A stretch of DNA of 64,000 bases from an uncultured Candidatus Saccharibacteria bacterium (GCA_964613715.1 CAZTJK010000004.1:3834-67833), one strand, 5' to 3'. Numbered from the stretch's first letter, positions 7,857-17,900 are shown. The notes: a model not told the origin generated them from the letters alone. Made by a program: numbers and translations.

Positions 7857-8421
7857 ATTTTTTGCCTTTTTTGCCTTCGTCTTCCTTCTTGAATGGGAAG
7901 CCGAGATATTCGAGAAATGCGCGGGCTGATTTCTTATCCTTCGTGCTCATAACGATGGTCACACCCATGCCAAAGACATCCTTGAGCTCTTCGTCGGCAG
8001 ATTCTGGAAACACTGTGTTCTCCTTGATCGCGATGGTGAAGTTACCCATGCTGTCGATCGCATTGGCTGAAAGGCCGCGGAAGTCCTTGGTGCGTGGAAA
8101 AACGACTGCAACGAGCTTATTGAGGAAATCAAACATGTGTGGGCCGCGCAGCGTCACCTGATAGCCGACTGGATCACCCTGTCGCACCTTGAAGGTTGCC
8201 ACTGATTTCTTCGCGACGCGGAGGACCGGCTTCTGGCCGGTGATTTTCTTCAAGCGGTCTTCAACGATTTTCTGCTTGTTCTTGTCCTTGAACGAGCCGA
8301 CGCCGACATTGATCGACACCTTCTCTATTTTCGGAGACTGCATCTTGTTTGTGATGCCGAGCTTCTCATGCAAAGCAGCAAATGCCTTATTCTGTTTTTC
8401 TTTGAGTGATATCATGGTCAT
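7855..8421 (-). CDS. rplE: 50S ribosomal protein L5
   Basis: 188 aa with L5 core (ITGQKPVLRVAKKSVATFKVRQGDPVG...). Confidence 0.9.
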   Translation of the reverse strand: MTMISLKEKQNKAFAALHEKLGITNKMQSPKIEKVSINVGVGSFKDKNKQKIVEDRLKKITGQKPVLRVAKKSVATFKVRQGDPVGYQVTLRGPHMFDFLNKLVAVVFPRTKDFRGLSANAIDSMGNFTIAIKENTVFPESADEELKDVFGMGVTIVMSTKDKKSARAFLEYLGFPFKKEDEGKKGKK

Positions 8422-8424
8422 TAT

Positions 8425-8724
8425 TTAAATCTCCTGGCCGTTCTTCTTGTTGATGCGGACATATGTTCCGCCGATCGCCTTCTTCCCGACGCGCGCGCCC
8501 TTGCCGCCATGATTGATCATGACATTCGAAACATGGACCGGCATGGCTTTTTCAATCACCTGCCCTTTGGCACCCGAACGGCCGGCGCGCTGATGCTTTT
8601 TATGCATATTCACGCCCTCGACGAGCACGAGGTCCTGCTTGGGAAAAGCAGCGACGACTTTGCCCGTCTTTCCCTTGTCCTTGCCGGCGATCACTATGAC
8701 ATTGTCTCCTGTTTTGATTTTCAT
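8425..8724 (-). CDS. rplX: 50S ribosomal protein L24
   Basis: KOW-like motif MKIKTGDNVIVIAGKDKGKTGKV. Confidence 0.9.
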   Translation of the reverse strand: MKIKTGDNVIVIAGKDKGKTGKVVAAFPKQDLVLVEGVNMHKKHQRAGRSGAKGQVIEKAMPVHVSNVMINHGGKGARVGKKAIGGTYVRINKKNGQEI

Positions 8725-8729
8725 GATGG

Positions 8730-9101
8730 TTATACTATTTCAGGGGCAAGAGACGCGATTTTCTTGAATCCGAGATCAGCGATTTCGCGCGGAATCGGGC
8801 CGAAAATGCGGCCGGCGATCGGCTCATGCTTTACCTTTTCGATAATGACGACGGCATTTTCGTCGAAGCGGATATAGGATCCGTCCGCGCGGCGGAACGG
8901 TTTTCTCTGGCGCACGATGACGCCGTACAAAATATCCTTTTTCTTGACCTGCTTGCGAGGCTCTGCCTTCTGCACGGACAGGACGACAATTTCGCCGATT
9001 TCCGCCCAGCGCTTCTTCGAGCTGCCGAGCACCTTGAAGATGCGTCCGATTTTTGCTCCGGAATTGTCAGTGACGTTTACGAGTGATCGATCTTGTATCA
9101 T
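8730..9101 (-). CDS. rplN: 50S ribosomal protein L14
   Basis: MIQDRSLVNVTDNSGAK...; 123 aa. Confidence 0.92.
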   Translation of the reverse strand: MIQDRSLVNVTDNSGAKIGRIFKVLGSSKKRWAEIGEIVVLSVQKAEPRKQVKKKDILYGVIVRQRKPFRRADGSYIRFDENAVVIIEKVKHEPIAGRIFGPIPREIADLGFKKIASLAPEIV

Positions 9102-9112
9102 GGCAGTGTCTA

Positions 9113-9370
9113 TTACTTGGTTTCAAGCACCATAAAATGCTTGTTTTTTGAAATCGGCTTGGTCTCGACAATCGTGACCACCTCGCCTTCCTTGTGCTTG
9201 TTGCCGAGGTCATGCGCCATAATCTTGTTCTGGCGCTTGATGAACTTGCCGTATTTCGGATGCTTCTTGAACGAATCGACGGATACCACGACCGTATCTT
9301 TCATTTTGGTCGATACGATAGTGCCGGTGATTTTCTTGCCTGTATGCTGTTGTGTCTGTTTGGTAACCAT
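9113..9370 (-). CDS. rpsQ: 30S ribosomal protein S17
   Basis: 85 aa; GTIVSTKMKDTVVVSV OB-fold pattern. Confidence 0.9.
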   Translation of the reverse strand: MVTKQTQQHTGKKITGTIVSTKMKDTVVVSVDSFKKHPKYGKFIKRQNKIMAHDLGNKHKEGEVVTIVETKPISKNKHFMVLETK

Positions 9371-9378
9371 GGTTGTTG

Positions 9379-9567
9379 TTATGCCTTCATTTCGCGGATA
9401 ACCGTGCGGATCTGGGCAATCTCCTTTCTCAGGTTGCGGGACATTTTAGTATTCTTATTCTTGCTGCCCGCATTGCCAAATGCGATATCGACAAGTGCCT
9501 TGGTCTTGTCGGCAAGATCCTTGCCCAATTCGCCCATATTCTTTTTTCGGATATCCTTGGTATTCAT
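9379..9567 (-). CDS. rpmC: 50S ribosomal protein L29
   Basis: I place the start at the ATG at 9567 (MNTKDIRKKNMGELGKDLADKTKAL...), 4 nt after the rplP stop. The longer track ORF overlaps rplP. Confidence 0.8.
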   Translation of the reverse strand: MNTKDIRKKNMGELGKDLADKTKALVDIAFGNAGSKNKNTKMSRNLRKEIAQIRTVIREMKA

Positions 9568-9571
9568 AGTA

Positions 9572-9988
9572 TTAGCGGGCGATGATTTTCGTGCGGACCG
9601 GAAGCTTCGTGCCACCCTTGCGAAGCATTTCGCGCGCTGCATCTTCTCCGACGCCGTCGACTTCAAAGACAACGCGGCCGGGCTTCACGATCGCCACATA
9701 GCCCTGGAGCTCTCCTTTGCCCTTGCCCATTTTCACTTCGGCAGGCTTCTGGGTATACGGATGATCAGGGAAAATACGCGTCCAGATCTTGCCGGACTTC
9801 GGCATGGAATGCGCGATCGCCTTGCGGGCAGACTCGATTTGATTCGATTTGATGCGGCCGCCATCGAGCGCTTTCAGGCCGAAAGAGCCGAACGACACTT
9901 TCGTGCCGCGGGATTCCACACCGACCTTCCCCTGGTTTTCCCGGAAGGAGTGCATTTTTCTGAATTTTACTTTTTTTGGTACCAACAT
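9572..9988 (-). CDS. rplP: 50S ribosomal protein L16
   Basis: MLVPKKVKFRKMHS...GKGKGELQGYVAIVKPGRV. Confidence 0.92.
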   Translation of the reverse strand: MLVPKKVKFRKMHSFRENQGKVGVESRGTKVSFGSFGLKALDGGRIKSNQIESARKAIAHSMPKSGKIWTRIFPDHPYTQKPAEVKMGKGKGELQGYVAIVKPGRVVFEVDGVGEDAAREMLRKGGTKLPVRTKIIAR

Positions 9989-9999
9989 GGCCGTGATGA

Positions 10000-10665
10000 T
10001 TATTTCCTATCCTTGCTGAAAATGTCGCCGCGGTAAATCCACACCTGGATGCCGATGTCGCCGTAGGTCATATGCGCCTTTTCCTGGGCATAATCAATAT
10101 CGGCGCGGAGGGTCTGGAGCGGAATGCGTCCCTTTTTCAATTCCTCGGAGCGGGCGATTTCTGCGCCGCCCAAGCGACCACCGCAATAGACGCGGACGCC
10201 TTTGACGTCGCGGTTTGCCATGACTTTCTCGATCGTCTGTTTCATGACGCGGCGGAACGGCAAGCGTTTCTCCAGACCTTCGGCAACCATCTGTGCGACG
10301 AGTGCTGCATTTGATTCCGGCGACTTGATTTCCTCGATATCGAGCTTGAAATCGGCAGGAATAGCAAGCGTGCGCTTTGCGGCAAATTTCAAAATATCAT
10401 TGCGGAGCTTGACCGATCCTTCCCCATTGCGGCCGATGACAATGCCCGGGCGTGATGTTTTCAGGATGAGGCGGAATGTCTTGTCATTGCGCTCCATTTC
10501 AATGGATGCAATATACTGGCCGCGCATCTTTTTTTCGAGATATTCGCGCAGCGTCACGTCCGCCTTGAGGAAATCCTTGTATTTCGTGCCCGAGGAGAAC
10601 CAGCGGGATTTCCAGTCCCGAATGACGCCAAGTCTATGTGAATATGGATGGACGGTTTTTGACAT
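10000..10665 (-). CDS. rpsC: 30S ribosomal protein S3
   Basis: 221 aa; KH domain and the S3 C-terminal domain (GIVIGRNGEGSVKL..., VRVYCGGRLGGAEIAR). Confidence 0.92.
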   Translation of the reverse strand: MSKTVHPYSHRLGVIRDWKSRWFSSGTKYKDFLKADVTLREYLEKKMRGQYIASIEMERNDKTFRLILKTSRPGIVIGRNGEGSVKLRNDILKFAAKRTLAIPADFKLDIEEIKSPESNAALVAQMVAEGLEKRLPFRRVMKQTIEKVMANRDVKGVRVYCGGRLGGAEIARSEELKKGRIPLQTLRADIDYAQEKAHMTYGDIGIQVWIYRGDIFSKDRK

Positions 10666-10669
10666 GGAA

Positions 10670-11047
10670 TTATTTTTTGGTGCCTGACGCGGCTGCCTTC
10701 TTCTTCGTCTTCATGGTATCAACCGTATCGAGCTCGATGAATACATGGCTCGTGCGCTTGTTGATCGGATATGCCATGCCGCGAGCGCGCGGGCGACGGC
10801 GCTTGAGCACCATGCCTTCGTCAACGCGGAAATTCTTGACGAAAAGCTTGTCGCTCTCGATATTGAAATTGTGCTTCGCATTCGCGACCGCTGAATCCAG
10901 GAGATCGGCAAGCGGCTTTGCGGCGCGCTTGACCAAAAACTGCAAAGTGTTCTTCGCGTCGGCGACCGTCTTGCCTTTGACCAGATGCGCCACCAGGCGG
11001 ACCTTGCGCGGAGACTGCCTATAATCCTGTAATTTCGCGGTAATCAT
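10670..11047 (-). CDS. rplV: 50S ribosomal protein L22
   Basis: 125 aa; MITAKLQDYRQSPRKVRLVA... Confidence 0.9.
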   Translation of the reverse strand: MITAKLQDYRQSPRKVRLVAHLVKGKTVADAKNTLQFLVKRAAKPLADLLDSAVANAKHNFNIESDKLFVKNFRVDEGMVLKRRRPRARGMAYPINKRTSHVFIELDTVDTMKTKKKAAASGTKK

Positions 11048-11053
11048 AGTCGT

Positions 11054-11395
11054 TTATTTCTTCGCTTCGGTTGCGGCTTTCGCCGTCTTTGCTGCTGCGA
11101 TTTCAGACTCCTTGGCTGCTGCATCGATATCCTTCTGCATCTTACCGCCATGGCGGACAAATTTTCTCGTATGGGAGAATTCACCCAAGCGGTGGCCGAC
11201 CATGTCTTCGGTCACCAGGACCTCGAGATGCGTCTTGCCATTGTGCACGCCGAAGACAAATCCAACCATTTCCGGAGCAATCTGGCTGCGGCGTGACCAT
11301 GTCTTAATGACACCGGTCTCGATCGGCTTTTTCCCTTCTATCTTTTTTAGAAGTTTTTCGTCGATATATGGTCCCTTTTTGACTGATCGTGCCAT
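11054..11395 (-). CDS. rpsS: 30S ribosomal protein S19 (C-terminal Ala/Lys-rich extension)
   Basis: [20 protein letters not shown]...HNGKTH...GHRLGEF. Confidence 0.92.
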   Translation of the reverse strand: MARSVKKGPYIDEKLLKKIEGKKPIETGVIKTWSRRSQIAPEMVGFVFGVHNGKTHLEVLVTEDMVGHRLGEFSHTRKFVRHGGKMQKDIDAAAKESEIAAAKTAKAATEAKK

Positions 11396-11421
11396 AGAGT
11401 CGTTGAGAAATGCAAAATAAT

Positions 11422-11437
11422 AAGCTCACGTGAGCTT
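11422..11437. promoter_or_regulatory. perfect 16-bp palindrome AAGCTCACGTGAGCTT upstream of rpsS
   Basis: Located 27-42 nt upstream of the rpsS ATG at the 5' boundary of the ribosomal cluster. It could be an operator, or a 6-bp stem with an ACGT loop followed on the minus strand by ATTATTTTG. Confidence 0.35.
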
Positions 11438-11489
11438 GAGCCCCCATAGTAGCAAAATGGACGGGAATGTCAACACGGGAAACAGGCCG

Positions 11490-11630
11490 CTATTGGCCGG
11501 CTGCCTGGGTATTTTCGGACCCTGCCCCAGTCGCTGTATGCGCACCGCCGGCGATATTCATGGCAAGAAAGCTGATGCCGATGATGAGGAGAAACGCTAT
11601 GAGAAATTTGAAAAATGTCGTATCAAACAT
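11490..11630 (-). CDS. candidate small membrane peptide (46 aa)
   Basis: ATG-initiated ORF MFDTTFFKFLIAFLLIIGISFLAMNIAGGAHTATGAGSENTQAAGQ with one TM helix, below the ORF track's 60-aa cutoff. A TATACT -10-like hexamer lies 13 nt upstream. It is antisense to the weak plus ORF 11430..11654. Confidence 0.25.
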   Translation of the reverse strand: MFDTTFFKFLIAFLLIIGISFLAMNIAGGAHTATGAGSENTQAAGQ

Positions 11631-11657
11631 GGCGATGCAAAGAGTATAGCATAGAGG

Positions 11658-13124
11658 TTATAAATGGTGGAAGAGACCGAGGATGCCGCCGAAAACTCGA
11701 GTGAAAAAGCCGGTGCTTGAGCTTGCAGGTACGCCAGTCAAGACGCTCGCTGATTGAGGTATATCGGTAGATGCCGGTTCTTCACGAGACGTGTCGATAG
11801 GAAGCTCGGCAGGAGCAGTATGGGATTCCGCCGATTGGGTTCTCCGATCAGCGGCACGCGCACGAATGAGCGCGAGCACGTGCTCTGCCTCTGCAACGCT
11901 CATGCCGAGATCCGCTTCAATATTTGAAGATATCGCAGAAGGCTGCGCTATGTTCTCGTTGCCGCGGATTGATACGACATTTGTAGCGGAAGGATTAGCG
12001 AGGAATATATCCTGGAATCTGAGAGGCCAGGCCATATCTTCCCGGGAAAGGGTGATGGTACCTTCGGGAGCAAGGATGGTGTTACGGGGAAATGAAAACT
12101 GACCCGCATCTGATTGCAATTTCCAGCCGCCGAGATTTATTTCGCTGCTACCTCGATTCGTTACCTCGATCGCAGCATCAGCTGAAATGGCAAGCGACAG
12201 GTTTGGCACGAGCACCTTGACGGCAGTGCGGGCAGTCGCCGACATATCTCCGCAATGCGCGCTCAAAATCACCGCGTATATGCCCGGATGCTTGTAGGTA
12301 TGAGATACTTCCCCGCTGTTTGCGCTGAAGCCGTCACCGAATGACCAGGATACATCGCATGAACTCCAAGGAAAGCTCGCAAGAGCCTTATGCTTTGCGG
12401 AAAAAAGAACGGGTACGCCGACATAGGAGAGCCGCTCGCGGCCGGCTGAAATGGAAAGTGAATTCGCGCCGTCATCATAGGCGCTGATATCCTCGGGACT
12501 ATCATGGGCGGAAAGATAGACATTGTGGATGATGACTGTCGTTGTCGCTGCTGCTGTTTCAGTAGTACTTGCTGTTTGGGAGGAAGGCGTGGCATCAGCA
12601 GCGGTTGTGGTCGCGGATGAGGAAGATACCGGCGCGGATACATTCGCCTTGCCCGGCGTCGGTAAAGCAGCGCCCCAACCCTCATTTATATATTGAAGCG
12701 AGTTTCCATCCCCTCCCGCGCCGATAGATGGATCATACGTGATACTTGCAAGCGTATTGAGACTGCCATCCCGGATTTCAAGCGGCTCACCCGTATTTGA
12801 AAGCGAAAAGCTGCTATCGAACAAGAGCCCCGCATAATCCGGATTGTCTGCCGTAAACTTTGCGGGCGTATCGGCGATCACCGCATATTGATATGGGTCA
12901 AGCGTCGCGGATGCCCCGGCAGGAGTGATGCTGTGATTCGTACTTGCTTCGAACAGCTTCAATTTTGAGACATCGATGCTTGCCGCATCAGGATTATAGA
13001 TCTCGATCCACTCCCTGCCAGTATCGGTACCGGGAAGATCGTACATGATTTCCGTTATCTGCACTGCGGCAAAAGACAGCATCGGCAGGAGAAACAGAGA
13101 AAGAGCGACAAGAAATTTCTTCAT
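11658..13124 (-). CDS. secreted lamin-tail-domain (LTD) protein with PKD-like segment
   Basis: Signal peptide, then LTD signature (ITEIMYDLPGTDTGREWIEIYN...SNTGEPLEIRDG) and a second LTD-like block (GGWKLQSDAGQFSFPRNTILAPEGTITL). A Thr/Ala-rich linker and a hydrophobic C-terminus are also present. Confidence 0.65.
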   Translation of the reverse strand: MKKFLVALSLFLLPMLSFAAVQITEIMYDLPGTDTGREWIEIYNPDAASIDVSKLKLFEASTNHSITPAGASATLDPYQYAVIADTPAKFTADNPDYAGLLFDSSFSLSNTGEPLEIRDGSLNTLASITYDPSIGAGGDGNSLQYINEGWGAALPTPGKANVSAPVSSSSATTTAADATPSSQTASTTETAAATTTVIIHNVYLSAHDSPEDISAYDDGANSLSISAGRERLSYVGVPVLFSAKHKALASFPWSSCDVSWSFGDGFSANSGEVSHTYKHPGIYAVILSAHCGDMSATARTAVKVLVPNLSLAISADAAIEVTNRGSSEINLGGWKLQSDAGQFSFPRNTILAPEGTITLSREDMAWPLRFQDIFLANPSATNVVSIRGNENIAQPSAISSNIEADLGMSVAEAEHVLALIRARAADRRTQSAESHTAPAELPIDTSREEPASTDIPQSASVLTGVPASSSTGFFTRVFGGILGLFHHL

Positions 13125-13181
13125 ACTACCGCACAGTGTAGTACAAAATATCAGACAGGGCGAGAAAATCCTGTGGATAAG

Positions 13182-13778
13182 TTAGTTGAGCGTCAGATAA
13201 AAATCAAATGCGCGCGGCTTTGCGCCGTTTGGCTGCTCGACTTCGGTAAACGTGATCTTGATCGGCGTGCCCGAGTAAATGCCGACGGTCGTCGTCCAGG
13301 CATTCAGTGTCACTGAGAATTTCGAAGATGAAGCGACAGAAGCGACAAGGCCGTTATTCGTGACTGCGACTGGAACGCCAGATGGCTGCCAGCCAGCGGA
13401 TTTCGAATAGAAATAGAGCTGTGCGGTGCCGGCCCGGGAGGCGGTCTTCTCCCATAAGCAGCCGAGGGCGTCGGCTTTCGTATTGTCGATCGTACCGGAT
13501 ACGATGAGCGGGAATGTCACCCGGGCATTTGCGGCAGGGCTCGTTACTCTGAAGCCGCAGGTGCCGTAGCTTGTCGTTACTGGTTTTGGCAAAACAGTAC
13601 CACTCGTTGATTGCGATGAATGCGAAGAGGCTGGTACATTTGTCGTTGAAGAGGTATTCGTCGTGCTATTCCCCGGCATCTCTGCGCTCGGTCCCTTTGC
13701 AAGAAGCGCATAGAGCCCCCCTCCAAGGATGACAAGGATGATGATTCCGAGCGTTATTTTATTTTTCATGGATTCCAT
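13182..13778 (-). CDS. membrane-anchored secreted hypothetical protein
   Basis: N-terminal TM helix (ITLGIIILVILGGGLYALL), a Ser/Thr-rich linker, then a ~120-aa beta-rich domain. Confidence 0.5.
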   Translation of the reverse strand: MESMKNKITLGIIILVILGGGLYALLAKGPSAEMPGNSTTNTSSTTNVPASSHSSQSTSGTVLPKPVTTSYGTCGFRVTSPAANARVTFPLIVSGTIDNTKADALGCLWEKTASRAGTAQLYFYSKSAGWQPSGVPVAVTNNGLVASVASSSKFSVTLNAWTTTVGIYSGTPIKITFTEVEQPNGAKPRAFDFYLTLN

Positions 13779-13790
13779 ATGCGTAATTTG

Positions 13791-14801
13791 TTATTCCCCG
13801 TAAACCTCTATTAACTTCGCCTTGGTGCGTGGTCCTACCTGACCGTATCCGGCATCTCCCTGTTTGGCAATGCCGTATTTTTCCTGGAAGCGCCCGACTG
13901 CTTTCCTCGTGAGGGATCCGAAATAGCTGGTGATCAGGCCTTCGGGATACATGCTCGCATCTTTTGAAAGAACAAGCTGTATCAATCGTACATCGGCGCC
14001 GGATGCGCCGAGCATAAGCTGGCGCTTCACAGTGTCTGCAATGCCAGAAACTTTAATGACAATGATCGGCGGCTCGGTAGTGACAGGTGTTGACGGTGGT
14101 GTCGATGATGCGATAGGCGTTGTCGTAGCAGCAGTCGTTTGGGTTGTCGAAGCTGTGGTTGTAGCTGTTGCGGCGGGCGCGCCATTTGAATAGTTGTTAT
14201 GGGTACGATCGACATCGATAGCGCGAGAGAGAGCTGTGCTGTTGCCTGCAGCATCGGTTGCCGTATACGTCAGATAATAGCGGTCGACATGGGTTGGGTT
14301 CAGATTGCCTGACACCACGACGGAAATCGGGGTGCCATTTTCATCGAATGCAGTGGCTCCTGGATCGATACATGGAAAATAAATGCTGCAGCTCATCGGA
14401 TTGTAGCCGACAAGCGACAAGGACGGCATACGGGTCATCAGTACCGCTGATGTGATGACCGGAGCGCTTATGCTGTTTGTTCCCGATTGGGAGTAGACGG
14501 TAATACTAAGGGTACCATCAACAAATCCGGCCCGGATGGCGTTGATCGCGAGATCGAAGCCGCTGCCGTAAAGCGTGGATGAGGTCGTAGCCGCATGTCC
14601 GGCCGCATCAGCAATCGCGAGCGTTACGGTTGCACCAGCATCTGCAGTGCCGACAACATGAATCGCAAGTGCTTCAGTCGCATTCACATAGCTATCCCCT
14701 GCTACTGAAGCAATCGTTGGGCTTGCCGTCATACCGGCATATGCAACTGGCACAAAGACAAACGCGGAGAAAATGCTGATAATTGAGTAGTATTTTTTCA
14801 T
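13791..14801 (-). CDS. secreted protein with Ig-like domain and C-terminal PG_binding_1 domain
   Basis: Signal peptide, Ig-like repeat, Thr-rich linker, and a C-terminal DVRLIQLVLSKDASMYPEGLITSYFGSLTRKAVGRFQEKYGI...GPRTKAKL segment typical of the putative peptidoglycan-binding domain. Confidence 0.6.
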   Translation of the reverse strand: MKKYYSIISIFSAFVFVPVAYAGMTASPTIASVAGDSYVNATEALAIHVVGTADAGATVTLAIADAAGHAATTSSTLYGSGFDLAINAIRAGFVDGTLSITVYSQSGTNSISAPVITSAVLMTRMPSLSLVGYNPMSCSIYFPCIDPGATAFDENGTPISVVVSGNLNPTHVDRYYLTYTATDAAGNSTALSRAIDVDRTHNNYSNGAPAATATTTASTTQTTAATTTPIASSTPPSTPVTTEPPIIVIKVSGIADTVKRQLMLGASGADVRLIQLVLSKDASMYPEGLITSYFGSLTRKAVGRFQEKYGIAKQGDAGYGQVGPRTKAKLIEVYGE

Positions 14802-14866
14802 AGATAATCACTTAGTACTATTACCTAGTTATTATACTACAAATGGGACAGCAAATAAAAAGAAAT

Positions 14867-14895
14867 GAAAAAACCGCCATATATTGGCGGTTTTT
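14867..14895 (-). terminator. intrinsic terminator (first of a tandem pair) after the giant surface-protein gene
   Basis: ACCGCCA-tatat-TGGCGGT stem-loop flanked by A6 and T5. Confidence 0.5.
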
Positions 14896-14901
14896 CCATA
14901 C

Positions 14902-14931
14902 AAAAAGCCGGCCCTTTCGGGCCGGCTTTTT
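14902..14931 (-). terminator. intrinsic terminator (second of the tandem pair)
   Basis: GCCGGCCC-tttc-GGGCCGGC: an 8-bp GC stem flanked by A5 and T5. Confidence 0.55.
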
Positions 14932-14973
14932 GAACCATTCTCAAGCCGTGCGGCTCAAGAATCACAAGTGGTC

Positions 14974-17900
14974 TTAGTTCGTCAAGTTCTGAGAATCCGT
15001 TGGGATATTCTTGATCAACACGTCATTGTTCCAATCCGGCGAAGTCGTCGAATGTGGGCTGAATGATTCATCAGACCAGACAAACGATGCGTTTGTACCA
15101 GCACCTGATGAGGTGGTTGACTGAATATGACCAGCAGTACCCGCAGCAATCTTTGTCGTGACAGCATCGTTTGTTGCGATGGTGCCGCCGACAACCGCCT
15201 TCAACTTGTAGGTCTTAGACGTGCCTGCTGCGATTTCCTCTGGGTTCGTCGGGGTGAATGTGATCACGCCTGACGTAACACCTGACTGTGAAAGGTCGCC
15301 GGTTGATGATGCGAATGAACCTGGGATTGCCACGTCATTTACATCAGTGAGCGTCCAGCCAGTCTGAAGGGTGCTTGCCGTCGCCAAGGTGTTTGCAGAA
15401 GCCTTGGTGATGGTGAATGCAACCTTTGACCACTGAACTGCGCCAGCTGCATCAGCTGCAACCTGGATCTTGTCGAGGGTCTTCGTACCAGCCTGCAAGA
15501 GAGTATCCGTCAAAGCAACGTTCGTGATTGTCGGAACTGACTTGAAGACATACTGGACGTTACCCGTCGAACCAACGTTACCCACGAGGGTCTGAACGCC
15601 GGTTGATGACTGCTTTCTGTAACCAGTGAGCGTGTACAAGACATTGGAGCTTGACGTTGCGCCACCTGGAGTACCGATTGAAGCAAGATTCAAGTATGCA
15701 TCAACGATGACACCTGAAGTGTTGTTCGCAGGAACAACGATGTTCAAACCAGTCGTGGTTGCCATTGCATTGGTACCATCTGAGGTATCAATTGGCGTAC
15801 CAGAACCGTTGAGCACGGTTGAACCGATCTTGTAAACAACGCTTGCGACGTTACCAGCTGAAGCAAATGGGATGAAGCCCATGAGCTGATCAACCGTGTA
15901 GGTGTCGCCCGTAGCAACAAACTTGAATGAGCCAGCCTTGACTGTGTTGTTTGCAACGACAGTCGTGCTTGCTGCCAAGTTGTATGCTGCCAAGTTCAAC
16001 GAGCCTACTGTGATGCTAAACGTCTGACCAGTCGTGTAGGTTGAGCCTGAAGGGACCGTAACAGTCTGATTTGACTGTGAGGTCTGACCTGCAATCTGCA
16101 ACTTCGTGACGATCACGTCTGCACCGCCGAGTCCTGAACCGAGAGTACCATACACTGAGACGTCAATTGTCTGACCAGCAGGCAATGTGTAGTTCACCGC
16201 GTATGAGTTGTCTCCGGAAACAATCGTCGACTTGTTGCTTGAAGTCTTGTTGCCATACACAACGTAGACATCCGTGATGGATGAGGTAGCAGTCGTAGAC
16301 GCACCTGATCCGAGGAAGTTAACGGTGATGGTGTTCAAGTTCAAGTTTTCAGTCGTACCAGCAGTAAGCGTGTAGTCGCCGAGCTTGACCGCAGTCTGCG
16401 GAGCAATCATTGACTGGTTTGCATATGCCGTGTACTTCGAAAGGGACAATGAGCCCTGAGAAACCGTCAACTGGTTTGCAGTGACAGCACCCGTGCTGAT
16501 ATTGCCGCCTGACTTCGTGAGGTCTGCGTTTGCAGAACCTGCAACGAGAGAAACAGTAACCGTGTTGCCATTTACGAGCTGAGCTCCGCTTGACGTGTAG
16601 ATATCGCTGCGTACTTCAAGAGTAACTGGCGAACCTGGAACGACAGTGAAGTTCAAGCTGTTGTACTGCGTTGCGGTCGTTGAACCGATATCCGCAGTGC
16701 TGCCAACCTGGGAACCATTGACGAACAATGCGCCATTGCGCAATGGGCCAACGTTTGAGCCAGCATATGACACTTTCAAGTTTTCAATCTTGATAGGTTC
16801 ACCTGCTGCCTTGATCTGGAAGCGAGCGAGAGCAACACCTGATGCAGACAACGTAACGTTACCTGAAGGTGAATCGGTCGTCTTCGTGATGGTCAAGGTA
16901 CCAGAGTTGACTGACTGAACGCCCGTCGTGAATGGGAATGTGTAGCCCGAGTTCGTCGTGGCCAACACGTTCACGTTGAGCTGTGAGTCAACAAGGTTGA
17001 GATCTGAAGCCTGTCTCAACTGGAACGAGAAGTTCTTCGTCGAGCCGCCGATGATGTCACCAACGAGTTTGATCGTGTGTGAACCAGTCGTGAGCTTCAA
17101 TGGGTTTCCTGACAAATCAAAGGTCAAGTAATTGTTGACATCATATGCGCTGAGCGCTGAGCCAACCTGATTACCGTCGATGAAGAGGCGGAAATTACCC
17201 AAGTCTCCCGTTGCAACAGAACCAACCTGGCGAAGAGCGATTGCCTTCATCCAGACATCGTTCGTGCTCACGCTTGCCGTGCCGTACCACATGGTGTAAT
17301 CCGTCTGTGGGTCGACTGACGTCGTTGAGACTGACGATGATGAGATGATCACTGATGCGAGCGTCGCTGACGAAACCGTCTGCGAAGCTGCTGAGATCGG
17401 GTACACTGCCGTCACCGGAACATTCGACGTAACGCCCGTGAGGGAGACTACGAAGATCTGACCGTTGTAGGTCGTGCCTGACGTGATGTCAGCGCGAACG
17501 GCGATCGTCATCGATGAGCCTGCAGGAATCGTGAAGAGACCTGAAGGAGCATTGAAGGTGATCTTGCCGGTCGAAACTGATGCTGAGTCAGTCAATCTCG
17601 TCACACCGCTGTAGAGGTAGACGTTTGACAATGCTGCATCGTTTGAAACACCGCCTCTCTGGAGAGTGACGTTCGTCACAACTGCCGGAGCTGCTGAGGT
17701 GTTCGTAAACGTGTATTCAGCGAGGTCAGCGATTGACTGTCCTGCAACGACTGCGCCGGAAACCGGTGAAGTTGCTGCGAGAGATACCTTGAGGTCAGTG
17801 CCTGAAGGGACCACCGTTGAACCGGTACCTGATGACATCGAGCCTGAGCTCAACATCGAGCGGGTCTTCGGACCAACATAACCAGCTGCTGGCGTGATGC

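Noticed and set aside
9568-9672. Long form of the L29 ORF overlapping rplP
   Set aside because: L29 proteins are ~65 aa. The internal ATG at 9567 gives a canonical L29 beginning MNTKDIRKK right after the rplP stop.
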